From contig OZ253555.1 in the NCBI GenBank assembly GCA_965262725.1, positions 1,088,001 through 1,152,000 of the forward strand: a stretch of 64,000 nucleotides of DNA, written 5' to 3'. The stretch comes from Dehalococcoidia bacterium. GTDB taxonomy: Bacteria; Chloroflexota; Dehalococcoidia; UBA2979. Positions 1 to 10,265 of this stretch are shown in pieces (within the stretch, counting starts at the first letter, position 1; the number at the start of each line of letters is the position of its first letter). Below the pieces are notes generated by a model. That model was not told the origin of the DNA, made no database searches, and saw nothing but the letters and a program-made list of their open reading frames with translations. The translations under genes and the position numbers were made by a program.

Positions 1-174
1 GCAGTGAACATCCCAGAGCACACGTCATGATATCGCGCACGGGCGCCTACGCTGTATTGGCGGTTGCGTGATCTCCGACGGGAGTGCCGGGGAGCCGTGC
101 GTCGTCGTCGGGCCCACCGTCGCGCCGCGATGCGGACGGTGCCGAGCCGGGGCGGCCGACGAAGGGCTCGCCCG

Positions 175-663
175 CTACAGAGGCAGGTAGAGGGAACGGC
201 GGCGCTCGTCGAGCCCGCACGCCCGCCAGAACGCAAGTGCACCGGGGTTGCCGCTCAGCACGTCCGCCTCGAGCCGCGCCGCACCGAGCGCCCGACATCG
301 TCTCGAAAGCGCGCCGACGGCGGCACGTCCGATGCCCGTGCGTCGGAAGCGGGGAAGGACATAAAATTCGCTCACCTCGGCGACCAGCGCGGCGCCTGGC
401 CAGTCGGTGTCGAGGCGCGTGAGTGCGAATCCGGCGCGTTCGCCCCCGGCCACGATCCAGAGGAACTCGCGGCCCTCGCTGTCGTCGAGCAGCGCGCGGT
501 GGTACTCGGGGACGCCGTACGAGAGCGGCGAGAGCGGATCCGCCGCGTCGAGTTCCCTCCAGTAGTCGGCGAATATCGAGAAAAGCGCGTCCAGCTCGCC
601 CTCGGCGACGGGCTCGAGCGCGACGGTCGGCACCGCGCCAGGTCTCCACACGCGCTCGCCCAT
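175..663 (-). CDS. GNAT family N-acetyltransferase
   Basis: 162-aa ORF with acetyl-CoA motif A (EFYVLPRFRRTGIGR) and motif B (NPGALAFWRACG). Confidence 0.85.
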   Translation of the reverse strand: MGERVWRPGAVPTVALEPVAEGELDALFSIFADYWRELDAADPLSPLSYGVPEYHRALLDDSEGREFLWIVAGGERAGFALTRLDTDWPGAALVAEVSEFYVLPRFRRTGIGRAAVGALSRRCRALGAARLEADVLSGNPGALAFWRACGLDERRRSLYLPL

Positions 664-675
664 CGGGCTCCTAGC

Positions 676-1404
676 TCATTCGCCCGCGCGCTCGCCGTCG
701 AGCGATGGCAGATCCCAGAGGCTCGCGATCGCGTCGTCGCGGCCCGACGAGACGCTGCGGTCGATGAGCAGCGCCGCCATGCCGGCCCGTCGCGGCCCCT
801 CCACATCGTGGTCCCAGGAATCGCCGACGAAGAGTGCCTCGCTGGCCGCGACGCCGGCGGCGCGGAGCGCCGCCCCGTAGATGGCGGGATGCGGCTTCCG
901 GTAGCCGACTCGTGCGCTCGTCAGCACCGACTCGATGACCCCGTCCAGCCCGAGGGAGGTCGCGACCTCCGGCAACTCCCACAGGTGGTTCGAGACGATG
1001 AAGCAGCGAACGCCGCTCGCGGTGAGCGCGGTCAGGGCGGGAAGGGTGTCGTCGAAGAGGAGGAAGTGGCGTGGGTCGCTCTCGAGCTCGGCAATGCGGT
1101 GCGCGATCGACTCGACGACCGGGTCCCTCACTCCGGCGGCGGTCAGGCGCCGGCGCGTGAGCCGCACCCGCAGCTCGCGATAGGTCGCGGCGTCGGCGGA
1201 CGACGCGGAGTGGTCGACGCCGATCGGCGTGCGCCACTCCTCCCATGCGTCTTCGATCCACGGCAGCCGCGCCAGCCCGTCGAAGGCCCTTCGATCGAGC
1301 GTCACTCCGTACTCGGAGGCGGCCTGCTCGTAGAGGGCGACGTGCCGCGGCTCGTAGCACCCGAGCGTGTCGTGGAAGTCGAAGAAGACGACGCGTGGCA
1401 GCAC
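676..1404 (-). CDS. HAD-IA family hydrolase
   Basis: HAD motif I (FFDFHDTL), motif II (IVSN), RKP and VGDSWDHD motifs; start moved to the GTG at 1404, just before motif I. Confidence 0.88.
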   Translation of the reverse strand: MLPRVVFFDFHDTLGCYEPRHVALYEQAASEYGVTLDRRAFDGLARLPWIEDAWEEWRTPIGVDHSASSADAATYRELRVRLTRRRLTAAGVRDPVVESIAHRIAELESDPRHFLLFDDTLPALTALTASGVRCFIVSNHLWELPEVATSLGLDGVIESVLTSARVGYRKPHPAIYGAALRAAGVAASEALFVGDSWDHDVEGPRRAGMAALLIDRSVSSGRDDAIASLWDLPSLDGERAGE

Positions 1405-1503
1405 GTCCCCACGGTAGCGCCGAACACACGTAGCAGCAGGCTCATCCGAGCCGCGGCGCACTCATTCGGGCCAGCCGCGTCCGACCTGCCGGGCCCGGGT
1501 GCC

Positions 1504-4500
1504 TCACCGCCCCCCGCGGCGGCCGTTGAGGCGGCCGTGTCCAGAGGCGGCGGGCGTGGGAGTCGCGCCGGAACTACGTGGGCGCTGACTAGACGCCGAC
1601 GCTGGCGCACCCTCCGGCGGGAGCGGGAGGTCACCCGATGCGGCGGAGGAGTGCTCGGCGCCCATTGAGCGCGTCCCCTCGCTGGAGCGGGACCGTCCGG
1701 GCTCCCCGGCGAGGAGGCGAAGCAGCCCCTCGAGCGCGTCGAGCCACCCCTCACCGAGCGCGGCGCGATCGACGCGGAGGCGGGTGGGTCCGCGCCGCGC
1801 GCCCGGCGGGAGCGCGGCTAGACGCCGCTGGGCGAACGGGCGCTCCTCGCTGGCGGTGAGGATGATCTGCGCGCCCTGCTCGCGGATGGAGATGATCTCG
1901 GCGGCGCGGGCGAGCAGCCGCAGTCTGACGAGCGCGTGCAGCCGCTCGAGCGGCGGCGGCGGCGGTCCGAAGCGGTCGCGCATCTCATCCTCCAGCTCCT
2001 TGGCGGCCTCGAGCGTGGTGAGTCCCGCGATCTGCTGGTAGAGGGCGATCCGTCCCTCGATCTCGGCGACGTGGCTTTGCGGGATGAACGCCGCGACCGG
2101 CAGATCTAGGACGACGTCGCTCTCCCGGGCGGCCCCGACCGGTGCCGGCTGGGACGAGCCCGCGCGCTCCGTACCGCCGCCCCCGCCGTGCGCGGCCTTC
2201 ATCGAGTCGACGGCCTCGGCCAGCATCTGCGTATACAGATCGAAGCCCACGGCCGCGATCTGCCCGCTCTGCTCCGCGCCGAGCAGGTTGCCGGCGCCGC
2301 GGATCTCGAGGTCGCGCAGCGCCACCTGGAATCCCGAGCCGAGTTCGCTAGCCTCGAAGATCGTCGCGAGCCGCTGCTGGGCGGTTTCGGTCAGGGCTCG
2401 GTTCCGGTGGTAGAGGAGGTATGCGTACGCGTGGTGGGCTCCGCGGCCCACGCGCCCGCGGAGCTGGTAGAGCTGGGCGAGACCGAGGGCGTCGGCTCCG
2501 TCCACGATCAGCGTGTTCACGCGCGGGTTGTCGAGGCCGGATTCGATGATCGTCGTGCAGATCAGCACGTCGAACGACCCCTCCGCGAAGCGTTCCATGA
2601 CGCTCTCGAGAGCACGCTCCGGCATCTGCCCGTGCGCCACGGCGACGCGCGCCTCGGGGACGAGCTCGCGAAACCGTTCGGCGAAGGAGGCGATCGTGCG
2701 TACCCGGTTGTGCACGAGGTACGTCTGCCCGCCCCGCTCGATCTCGTGGAGGACGGCGTCTCGGGCGAGCTGCGGGTCCCACTCCGAGACGTAGGTCTGG
2801 ACCGCCTGCCGACCCTCGGGCGCGCTTTCCATCATCGAGAGATCGCGGACACCGGCGAGCGCCATGTGAAGCGTACGCGGGATGGGCGTCGCCGAAAGCG
2901 TGAGCACATCCACCTCTAGGCGCATCCGCTTGAGTAGCTCCTTGTGGTGCACGCCGAAACGCTGCTCCTCGTCGATGACCACGAGGCCGAGGTTCGCGAA
3001 CTCGACATCGGGCGAGAGCAGGCGATGCGTGCCGATCAGCACATCGACCCCGCCCGCACGCAGCGACGCCAGGATCTTCGCTACTTCGGCGTCGGTGCGG
3101 AAGCGGGAGAGCGCCTCGACGTGGACGGGGAAGGCGCCCAGCCGCTCGCGGAACGTCCGTAGGTGCTGCTGGGCGAGCACAGTGGTGGGCACGAGCACCG
3201 CCACCTGGTGCCCGTCGCGAACCGCCTTGAAGGCGGCGCGCACAGCGACCTCCGTCTTCCCGAAACCGACATCGCCGCAGATCACGCGATCCATCGGCCG
3301 CGGTCGCTCCATGTCGGCCTTCACCGCCTCGATCGCCGACTGCTGGTCGGGCGTCTCTTCGTACGGGAAGGCCGCTTCGAGTTCGCGTTGCCACTCGTCG
3401 TCCGGGGGGAACGCGCGTCCGTGAAGCAACTGGCGTGCCGCGTAGAGCTGGACTAGGTCGGCCGCCACGCGGATGACGGCGGTGCGGGCCCTGGCGCGTG
3501 CGCGGTTCCACTCCGCCGTGCCGAGCCGTGTCAGGTGCGGTGGTTGATCGGACGGACCGACATAGCGCGCGACGCGGTCGAGGTGCTCGATGGGAACGTA
3601 AATCCGGTCGGCGCCCGCGTAGCGCAGCTCGACGTAGTCTCGCGGCTCTCCCGAGACCTCACGACGGACGAGCCCGCCGAAACGGGCGATGCCGTGGTCG
3701 GCGTGCACGACGAAGTCGCCCGGTGAGACCTCGGTGAGGAAGCGCGAGCGGTGCGTCGGTCGTCTCGCGAGCCGACGGCGTTGCTTCGTCACGCCGAAAA
3801 GCTCGCGGTCCGTGACGAGCGAGACGACACCGCTCGCGTCGCGTAGCTCCCAGCCTGCCGGCAGCGCGCCTTGGAGCAGGGCGAGCGAGCCGCGCGCCGG
3901 CACCGCGTCGAGCCCGCTCTCCACGGCGGCGTCGATGTCGGCCGCCTCGAGCAGTTCGCGGTAGCGCTGCGCCTGTTGCGTCACGACGATCACCCGGTCG
4001 CCGCGCCGCAGCTGGCGGGCGGCATCGGCCGCGTGGTGGTCGAGGCGGCCCGCGTAGGCGTCCGCCGGCTGGAACGGCAGGCGAATCTCATCCGCTTCGC
4101 GGCCGGTCGCCCATCGAGCGAGCAGCGCACGGACAGCCCGCCCCTCGATCGCGGCCGTCAGGTCGGCCAGCGGCGCGTGCGGCAACGGAGCGTTCTCCGG
4201 CAACTGACGACGAGCGGCGAGCTCCCCGGCGCGCTCGCGGGCGAGTTCGTCCAGATCGGCCGACGCCGCCTCGACGGCCTCGCGCTCGTCGATGATAAGG
4301 AGGGCGTCCGGCGGAAGGTGATCGAAGAGCGTCGGCCGGTCCAGAAGGGGGCCGTAGAGCGAGGCCACGGGGAGGGCGCCGCCTCGAAGGGCCGCAAGTT
4401 CGGCCGCGAGCTCTCCTCCCCCCTCACGGTCCGCACCGCCGTCGGCGAGCCGGGCGGCAAGCGCGACGAGTTCCTCGCGGGAGGCGAGCCACTCGGTTGC

Positions 4501-5178
4501 GGGGCCGATGTCGACGCTCGCCAGACGCGTGGCCGTCCGTTGCGTGCCCGGCTCGAAGGCGCGGATCGACTCGATTGTGTCCCCGAACCACTCGATGCGG
4601 ACGGGGGTGTCGCGGTCTGGTGGGAAGACATCGAGCAGGCCGCCGCGGCGCGCTGCCTCGCCTGGCACCTCGACGAGCGGCCCCACCGCGTAGCCGGCCT
4701 CTACCAGTCGCCTCGCAACCGCTTCGAGCGGCATCCGCTCGCCGATCGTGACCGTGCCCGGGCCGCGGGAGAGATCCGCGGGGGCCAGCGTGCGCTCGAC
4801 GGCGGCCGCGACCGACGCGACGAGCAGGGGCGGCCCCGTCGCGGAGGCGCTCGCGAGGTGCCCCAGCGTGGCAATGCGGCGGGCGGTCGCCGCCGGCGAC
4901 GGCCCACGCTGGTAGGGAAGGTCACCCCTCGCGGGCAGGTGGATCGCGGCATCCCCCACCCACGCGGCGAGCTGCTCCGCGACGCTCTCGGCGTCGCTCT
5001 CGCGCGGGAGCAACAGCAGAGTCGGTCGGTCCAGCGCCCTCCAGAGCAGGGCCGCCGTCACCGGCTTCGCAGGGTCAGCGGCACCGAGAACGACCGGACG
5101 TCCGGCTCTCAGACGCCCGGCCGCCCGGGCGAGAGGCTCCGTGTTGATGAGCACCTCGAGCAGCGGTCGCAGATCCAC
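1504..5178 (-). CDS. mfd: transcription-repair coupling factor Mfd
   Basis: UvrB-homology module, CarD/RID domain (GDFVVHADHGIA), GDVGFGKT, DEEQRFG, SATPIPRT, QLRGRVGR, TRG motif DLEIRGAGNLLG; start taken at GTG 5178 (ORF open to 5229). Confidence 0.97.
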   Translation of the reverse strand: MDLRPLLEVLINTEPLARAAGRLRAGRPVVLGAADPAKPVTAALLWRALDRPTLLLLPRESDAESVAEQLAAWVGDAAIHLPARGDLPYQRGPSPAATARRIATLGHLASASATGPPLLVASVAAAVERTLAPADLSRGPGTVTIGERMPLEAVARRLVEAGYAVGPLVEVPGEAARRGGLLDVFPPDRDTPVRIEWFGDTIESIRAFEPGTQRTATRLASVDIGPATEWLASREELVALAARLADGGADREGGGELAAELAALRGGALPVASLYGPLLDRPTLFDHLPPDALLIIDEREAVEAASADLDELARERAGELAARRQLPENAPLPHAPLADLTAAIEGRAVRALLARWATGREADEIRLPFQPADAYAGRLDHHAADAARQLRRGDRVIVVTQQAQRYRELLEAADIDAAVESGLDAVPARGSLALLQGALPAGWELRDASGVVSLVTDRELFGVTKQRRRLARRPTHRSRFLTEVSPGDFVVHADHGIARFGGLVRREVSGEPRDYVELRYAGADRIYVPIEHLDRVARYVGPSDQPPHLTRLGTAEWNRARARARTAVIRVAADLVQLYAARQLLHGRAFPPDDEWQRELEAAFPYEETPDQQSAIEAVKADMERPRPMDRVICGDVGFGKTEVAVRAAFKAVRDGHQVAVLVPTTVLAQQHLRTFRERLGAFPVHVEALSRFRTDAEVAKILASLRAGGVDVLIGTHRLLSPDVEFANLGLVVIDEEQRFGVHHKELLKRMRLEVDVLTLSATPIPRTLHMALAGVRDLSMMESAPEGRQAVQTYVSEWDPQLARDAVLHEIERGGQTYLVHNRVRTIASFAERFRELVPEARVAVAHGQMPERALESVMERFAEGSFDVLICTTIIESGLDNPRVNTLIVDGADALGLAQLYQLRGRVGRGAHHAYAYLLYHRNRALTETAQQRLATIFEASELGSGFQVALRDLEIRGAGNLLGAEQSGQIAAVGFDLYTQMLAEAVDSMKAAHGGGGGTERAGSSQPAPVGAARESDVVLDLPVAAFIPQSHVAEIEGRIALYQQIAGLTTLEAAKELEDEMRDRFGPPPPPLERLHALVRLRLLARAAEIISIREQGAQIILTASEERPFAQRRLAALPPGARRGPTRLRVDRAALGEGWLDALEGLLRLLAGEPGRSRSSEGTRSMGAEHSSAASGDLPLPPEGAPASASSQRPRSSGATPTPAASGHGRLNGRRGGR

Positions 5179-5310
5179 GCGCGCACCACCCTCGTCTCGC
5201 GCGGTCACACGAACCGGGGACGCTGGCAACGCGTCCCCCCGCAGCGAGCGCCGCCGCCCGATGCACTCAGTGTAGCCCCGAGACCACGGCGCGGCGCCGC
5301 GCGCACCGGC

Positions 5311-6081
5311 CTATTCGAGCGGCGAGGGATTCTCGTCGGCTCCGGGCGATGCCGTCCCACCGACCTGGTTGAAGCGCCGCATCGCCGCCTCCACACCGTG
5401 AAGCGCGGCGAACTCGATCGCGTCGGCGGCGCGCTCGGCGGCGGCGTCGAGCACGATGCGCTCGGCCTGATGTGGACGCGACAACACCCAGTCGGCGACA
5501 CGATCGGGGTCGCGGATGGGAACGCCGTCGTCGTAGGGGCGGTCGATGCCGACGCGCACACGCGGCACGTCCGTTCCGCCGAGTGCATCGAGCACCGACT
5601 TCACACCGCGATTCCCGCCGTATCCGCCGCCGGGGCGCACGCGGACGCGACCCGTCGGCAGGTCGAGATCGTCGTAGACGAGGAGCAGTTGCGTCCGGTC
5701 AAGCGCCCAGCGCCGTCTCTCGGCGGCGATGGGCGGTCCACTCTCGTTCATGTACGCCCTCGGGCGAACCAGATGAATCTCTCTCTCGCTCAGGCGGATC
5801 GTGGCGCGGTCGACACGGCCGTGGCGCGTGAGCGCGGCCCCGTGCCGCCGCGCGAGCAGCGCGACGCAGCGGGCCCCCACGTTGTGCCGTGTCTCGCCAT
5901 ACTGCGCGCCCGGATTCCCGAGGCCGACGACGAGCGCCGGGAACCGCTCTCCGACCGCCCGTCCGGAATCCTCGGCGAGGCCGCCCGGAGCATCAGCAGC
6001 GGATGCGCCGGGCGGCGAGGCTGCGGCTGACGCCCGCCCGGAGTTGCGATGGCGAAAGAACGCGGCGAATCGTCGGGGCAT
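5311..6081 (-). CDS. pth: peptidyl-tRNA hydrolase
   Basis: VVGLGNPG..Y..TRHNVG, YMNESG, YDDLDLP and GGNRG motifs; ~45-aa N-terminal extension, start uncertain. Confidence 0.92.
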   Translation of the reverse strand: MPRRFAAFFRHRNSGRASAAASPPGASAADAPGGLAEDSGRAVGERFPALVVGLGNPGAQYGETRHNVGARCVALLARRHGAALTRHGRVDRATIRLSEREIHLVRPRAYMNESGPPIAAERRRWALDRTQLLLVYDDLDLPTGRVRVRPGGGYGGNRGVKSVLDALGGTDVPRVRVGIDRPYDDGVPIRDPDRVADWVLSRPHQAERIVLDAAAERAADAIEFAALHGVEAAMRRFNQVGGTASPGADENPSPLE

Positions 6082-6417
6082 GCCTCGATCGTCAGCGGGT
6101 CGCCTCTCCCGCGCAACCGCCCGCCGGTCGGCTGCGATGGGCCGGCGTCCCCCGGTCGACGAGTCGGAGCACCGCCAACGCGGGCGACGACTCCGCTCGG
6201 CGAGTGGCGTCGAGCGCCGGCGGGGGATTGGCACTCGGCGGCGGCCGGATGGGCTCATCGCGATCGCCGCGGTGCGGGCTGATGGCCATCCGCGGGTGCC
6301 GGGGCCTGAGGTTCGCACGTGGACCGGCATCTGTTGCCGGTGGCGGATGGACGCTCCTATGCTGCGGCCACGCCGCGCCATGCGGCACCGCGGTTCGAGT
6401 TCGAGGGGACGGGTCGG

Positions 6418-7146
6418 ATGAGCGACGTGCCGGCCGACATCGTGGCCGCGGCGCGGGCCGCTGGCCGGACGCTATTGAGCGAGGTGGAGTCGAAGGCACT
6501 CCTTGCGGCGGCGGGGATCCCCGTTACGGAGGCCCGGCTCGCGACGTCCGCAAGCCAGGCGGCATCGATCGCCGTGGAGGTGGGCTTTCCGGTCGTGCTG
6601 AAGGTCGCATCGGCCGATGTCGCGCACAAGTCGGATGTCGGGGGTGTCCTCGTCGGTATCGCCGACGCCGAGGCCGCACGCGCCGGCTACGATCGCATCA
6701 TCGCCGAGGTCGGCCGCGCCGTGCCGGGGGCGGGCCTCGACGGCGTCTCGGTGCAGCGGCAGGCAGACGTCGGTATCGAGGTGATCGTCGGAATGACGAG
6801 CGACCCGCAGTTCGGACCCGTGGTGATGTTCGGCCTCGGCGGCATCTTCGTGGAGGTGCTGAAGGACGTCGCGTTCCGGTTGGTCCCCCTTGCGCCTCGC
6901 GACGCGGCGCAGATGCTGCGCGAGATTCGCGGCTTGCCGGTGCTGGAGGGCACGCGCGGGCAGCCCGGCGCCGATCTCCAGGCGCTCGAGAGACTGCTGC
7001 TCACGGTCTCGGCGTTCGTCGAGGCCCACCCGGAGATCGTCGAACTCGACCTGAACCCCGTCTTCGCGTACCCGGCCGGCCATCCAGACGGCGGCGCGGT
7101 CGCCGTGGACGCCCGTGTCGTGCTGAGTGAGGCGGTGCCCGCATGA
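6418..7146 (+). CDS. acyl-CoA synthetase (NDP-forming), beta/ATP-grasp subunit
   Basis: LSEVESKALL, GFPVVLK, HKSDVGGV, FGPVVMFGLGGIFVE, ELDLNP and VDAR motifs; ATG at 6418. Confidence 0.92.
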   Translation: MSDVPADIVAAARAAGRTLLSEVESKALLAAAGIPVTEARLATSASQAASIAVEVGFPVVLKVASADVAHKSDVGGVLVGIADAEAARAGYDRIIAEVGRAVPGAGLDGVSVQRQADVGIEVIVGMTSDPQFGPVVMFGLGGIFVEVLKDVAFRLVPLAPRDAAQMLREIRGLPVLEGTRGQPGADLQALERLLLTVSAFVEAHPEIVELDLNPVFAYPAGHPDGGAVAVDARVVLSEAVPA

Positions 7147-8639
7147 CGTCCGTCTCGTCCGGTGGGGAGCGGATGCCGGTCGACCGTGCCCGCCTCGATC
7201 GCATGCTCAACCCGCGCACGGTGGTCGTGATCGGGGAGAAGGGGCCGGGCTACCAGTTCCTCAGGAGCCAGCTGGAGTACCGAGGACACCTCTACTCCGT
7301 CCAAATCGACGAGAAGGAGATTCCCGGCATCGAGGAGATGGGCGTCACCAACCTCACATCCCTGAGCGAGGTGCCAGGCGAGATCGACCTGGTGATCTCG
7401 GCCGTGCCCCGGCAGGTCGCGCCGTTCATTACCAGGCAGGCCATCGCGCGCGGCGCAGCCGGCGTGCACTTCTTCACCGCTGGCTTCGCCGAGACCGGCG
7501 ACGAGCAGGGCCTCGCGCTGCAGGGGCAGATCCTGGAGTTGCTGCGCGAGGACGGGATGCCGGCCATCGGGCCGAACTGCATGGGTGTCTACAACCGCGC
7601 GCTCGGTCTCCGATTCCATTCCGCTCAGGACGTCGGTGTCGACGAACTGGAGGGGGGCTCGCTCGCGATCCTCTCCCAGAGCGGGACGCACGGCGTGAAC
7701 CTGACGGTGGGCGCGCAACGCGCTGGCGTGCGCGTGGGGCGCACCATCTCCTTCGGGAACGCGCTCGTCGTCAGCGAGAGCGACTTGCTCGCCTACCTGC
7801 GCGATGACGACAGCACCGAGGCGATCGCGATCTACCTGGAAGGCGTGCGCGAGGGACGGCGATTCTTCGAGTTGCTCCGCGAGACGACACGTCGCAAGCC
7901 CGTGGTCCTGTGGCGGGGGGGCGAGTCGTACGCCGGGGCGCGCGCGGTGCGATCGCACACTGGCTCGCTCGCCTCCCAGAAGGCGGTCTGGGATGCGATG
8001 GTGCGGCAGGCAGGCGCCATCCCGGCCGGCTCGCTCGACGACGCCGTCGACGCCATTGCCGCGCTCGGCCACACCGATGCTCCCTCGGGCCGTCGCCTCG
8101 CACTGATCACCATGACGGGCGGTCAGTCGGTGGCGATCACCGACGAGTTCGAGCGGGCTGGCTTCGAGGTCCCGGAGCTGAGCGCCGCCTCTTACGAGAG
8201 GCTTGCCCAGTTCTACAACGTCATCGGCGGCTCCTACCGCAACCCCTTCGACGCCGGCGGGACGATCCGAGAACTCGAGAACCTCGGTCGACTGCTCGAG
8301 GTCGTCGAGGCGGATCCCGCCATTGACGGCGGCGTCGCCATCGATCTCAACGTGCGTCTCTTCGCCGACGAGCCCGAGCAGTTCACGCGCATGCTGGATG
8401 CGCTGGAGCGCTTTCGCGAGAGTAGCGGTCAGCCGGTCATCGCGACGCTGCACATTCTGGTCGCGACCCTCCAGATGACCGACCGGGAGGAGGAGTCACG
8501 CGAGGCGGTGCTCGGCCGCGCCCGCGAGCACATCGTGGCGCGGGGCTTCGCGGCGTACCCGGACTTTCGCCGTGCCGCCGCCGCGCTGCGCCGCATCGTC
8601 GACTACCACGCGTGGCGGTCGGCCGCGGTAGACGAGTGA
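7143..8639 (+). CDS. acyl-CoA synthetase (NDP-forming), alpha/CoA-binding subunit
   Basis: AGFAE, IGPNCMG, SQSG, SFGN, YLEG and phospho-His motif SHTGSL; ATGA overlap with the beta subunit. Confidence 0.9.
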   Translation: MTSVSSGGERMPVDRARLDRMLNPRTVVVIGEKGPGYQFLRSQLEYRGHLYSVQIDEKEIPGIEEMGVTNLTSLSEVPGEIDLVISAVPRQVAPFITRQAIARGAAGVHFFTAGFAETGDEQGLALQGQILELLREDGMPAIGPNCMGVYNRALGLRFHSAQDVGVDELEGGSLAILSQSGTHGVNLTVGAQRAGVRVGRTISFGNALVVSESDLLAYLRDDDSTEAIAIYLEGVREGRRFFELLRETTRRKPVVLWRGGESYAGARAVRSHTGSLASQKAVWDAMVRQAGAIPAGSLDDAVDAIAALGHTDAPSGRRLALITMTGGQSVAITDEFERAGFEVPELSAASYERLAQFYNVIGGSYRNPFDAGGTIRELENLGRLLEVVEADPAIDGGVAIDLNVRLFADEPEQFTRMLDALERFRESSGQPVIATLHILVATLQMTDREEESREAVLGRAREHIVARGFAAYPDFRRAAAALRRIVDYHAWRSAAVDE

Positions 8640-8676
8640 GCGATCCGCTCGGGGCGGCCTGGACGCACCGGTCGCT

Positions 8677-9900
8677 GTGAACAACCACCCCGACCCGCGC
8701 CTCTACCTCGACAACGCGGCGTCCACGCCCACTCGACCCGAGGCGGTCGAGGCGATGCTCCCGTTCCTCGGGACCAGCGCGACCAACCCGTCGGCGCTGC
8801 ACGCCAGCGGCCGGCGTGCCCGCGAGGGACTGGAGCACGCGCGGGAGCAGGTCGCCGCGGTGCTGGGTGCGACGCCTGAGGAGGTAGTCTTCACCTCGGG
8901 CGGCACCGAGAGCATCAACGCCGCGATCAAGGGCGTGGCGATCGCCCAGCGCAATGCCGGCGCTGGCTCCCACCTCGTGACCACCGAGGTGGAGCATCAC
9001 GCGGTGCTGCACTCGATGCACTACCTTGAGCGGTTTGGCTTCGATGTCGAGTACGCGGCCGTCGACGGGGAGGGGCGGGTCGATCCCGCCGCTGTGGGGG
9101 CGGCGATACGCCCCGACACCGTGCTCGTCTCGGCGATGTACGCGAACAACGAGGTCGGGACGATACAGCCGATTGCCGAGATCGCCGGGGAGGTGCGCGC
9201 GCGCTCGCACGCCCTCGGCCGCCGGATCCCGCTGCACACGGACGCCGTGCAGGCGGTGAGCAGCCTCCCCCTCGATGTCGACGCTCTCGGCGTCGACACG
9301 CTCTCGCTCTCGGGCCACAAGTTCGGCGCCCCCAAGGGAACGGGCGTCCTCTTCCTGCGCCGCGGCGTGCCGTTTCTTGAGCAGCTCTCTGGCGGCGGAC
9401 AGGAGCGGCAGCGGCGCTCGGGTACCGAGAACGTGGCCGGTGCCGCCGCGCTCGCGACCGCGCTGTCGCTGGCGCAGGCCGAGCGTCATGAGTTCGTGCG
9501 CGTGACGAGCGCTCTGCGCGACCGCCTGCTCGCGGGTCTGCTCGAGGCGTGTCCCGACGCGCGTCTGAACGGCCCGCGAGAGGAGCGGTTGCCCCACAAC
9601 CTGCACCTCTGCTTCCCCGGGGTGGAGGGTGAGAGCGTCGTGCGGGCGCTCGACGAGCGCGGGATCGAGTGCTCGGCGGGGGCTGCCTGCACGTCGGGGG
9701 CATGGGAGCCCTCGCACGTGCTGCTCGCGATGATGGTGCCCCTAGAGTGGGCGGTCGGCTCTGTGCGGCTCACGCTCTCGCCGGATCTCTCCGCGGAGGA
9801 TATCGACCAGGTCGTCCGCGAGCTGCCGGCGGTCGTGCGCCGACTCCGTGAGGAGGGAGGCGCGGTGCCCGCGGTGCCCGCACAGGGAGCCGCGCCATAA
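8677..9900 (+). CDS. iscS: cysteine desulfurase (IscS/NifS class)
   Basis: YLDNAAST, FTSGGTES, HTDAVQ, PLP lysine SGHKFG, RSGTENV and catalytic SAGAAC. Confidence 0.93.
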   Translation: MNNHPDPRLYLDNAASTPTRPEAVEAMLPFLGTSATNPSALHASGRRAREGLEHAREQVAAVLGATPEEVVFTSGGTESINAAIKGVAIAQRNAGAGSHLVTTEVEHHAVLHSMHYLERFGFDVEYAAVDGEGRVDPAAVGAAIRPDTVLVSAMYANNEVGTIQPIAEIAGEVRARSHALGRRIPLHTDAVQAVSSLPLDVDALGVDTLSLSGHKFGAPKGTGVLFLRRGVPFLEQLSGGGQERQRRSGTENVAGAAALATALSLAQAERHEFVRVTSALRDRLLAGLLEACPDARLNGPREERLPHNLHLCFPGVEGESVVRALDERGIECSAGAACTSGAWEPSHVLLAMMVPLEWAVGSVRLTLSPDLSAEDIDQVVRELPAVVRRLREEGGAVPAVPAQGAAP

Positions 9901-9942
9901 CTGTATATACTCTTTACAGTTCGCGCTATCGCAAGCTATCAT
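9899..9942 (+). promoter_or_regulatory. sigma70-like promoter with overlapping inverted-repeat operator
   Basis: TTTACA (9913-9918), 18-bp spacer, TATCAT (9937-9942); AACTGTA-N9-TACAGTT palindrome at 9899-9921; AT-rich patch in high-GC DNA upstream of the HTH gene. Confidence 0.6.
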
Positions 9943-9994
9943 CTGCCTACGTCGATGATCCCTGTCGATGCGAGCAACGACTGGATGACTCCCC

Positions 9995-10210
9995 GTGCCG
10001 AACAGCGTCTTCGACGACTATCTCGACCTCGTAGAGGCCGCCCGCGAGCTGAACATCCATCCGCAGAGCCTGCGCCGTCTCATCAAGCAGAAGCGCATTC
10101 CGGCGACGATGTTTGCGGGGAAGTACCTCATCGAGCGCGACAAGCTCGAGATCTTCAAGTCCAGCTACGATCCTCGCCCCGGTCGCAAGCCGATCCGGCG
10201 CTTGCTCTGA
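9995..10210 (+). CDS. small helix-turn-helix DNA-binding protein (excisionase/HTH_17, BldC-like)
   Basis: 71 aa, YLDLVEAARELNIHPQSLRRLIKQKRIPA matches the HTH_17 pattern; typical high-GC codon usage. Confidence 0.85.
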   Translation: MPNSVFDDYLDLVEAARELNIHPQSLRRLIKQKRIPATMFAGKYLIERDKLEIFKSSYDPRPGRKPIRRLL

Positions 10211-10265
10211 GTTCGCCCCGCCGAGCGGGCGCGGCCGACGAACCGGGAGGCGAGTCCTCCGGGGC

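Noticed and set aside
64-1668. Long shadow ORFs (e.g. 64-1668, 3871-6030, 6687-8453, 21007-22788, 58600-60144)
   Set aside because: Antisense or alternate-frame products of high GC content overlapping well-supported genes; no motifs
9901-9919. CTGT...ACAG resembling an E. coli LexA SOS box
   Set aside because: Spacer is 11 nt, not 8; kept only as an unassigned palindrome
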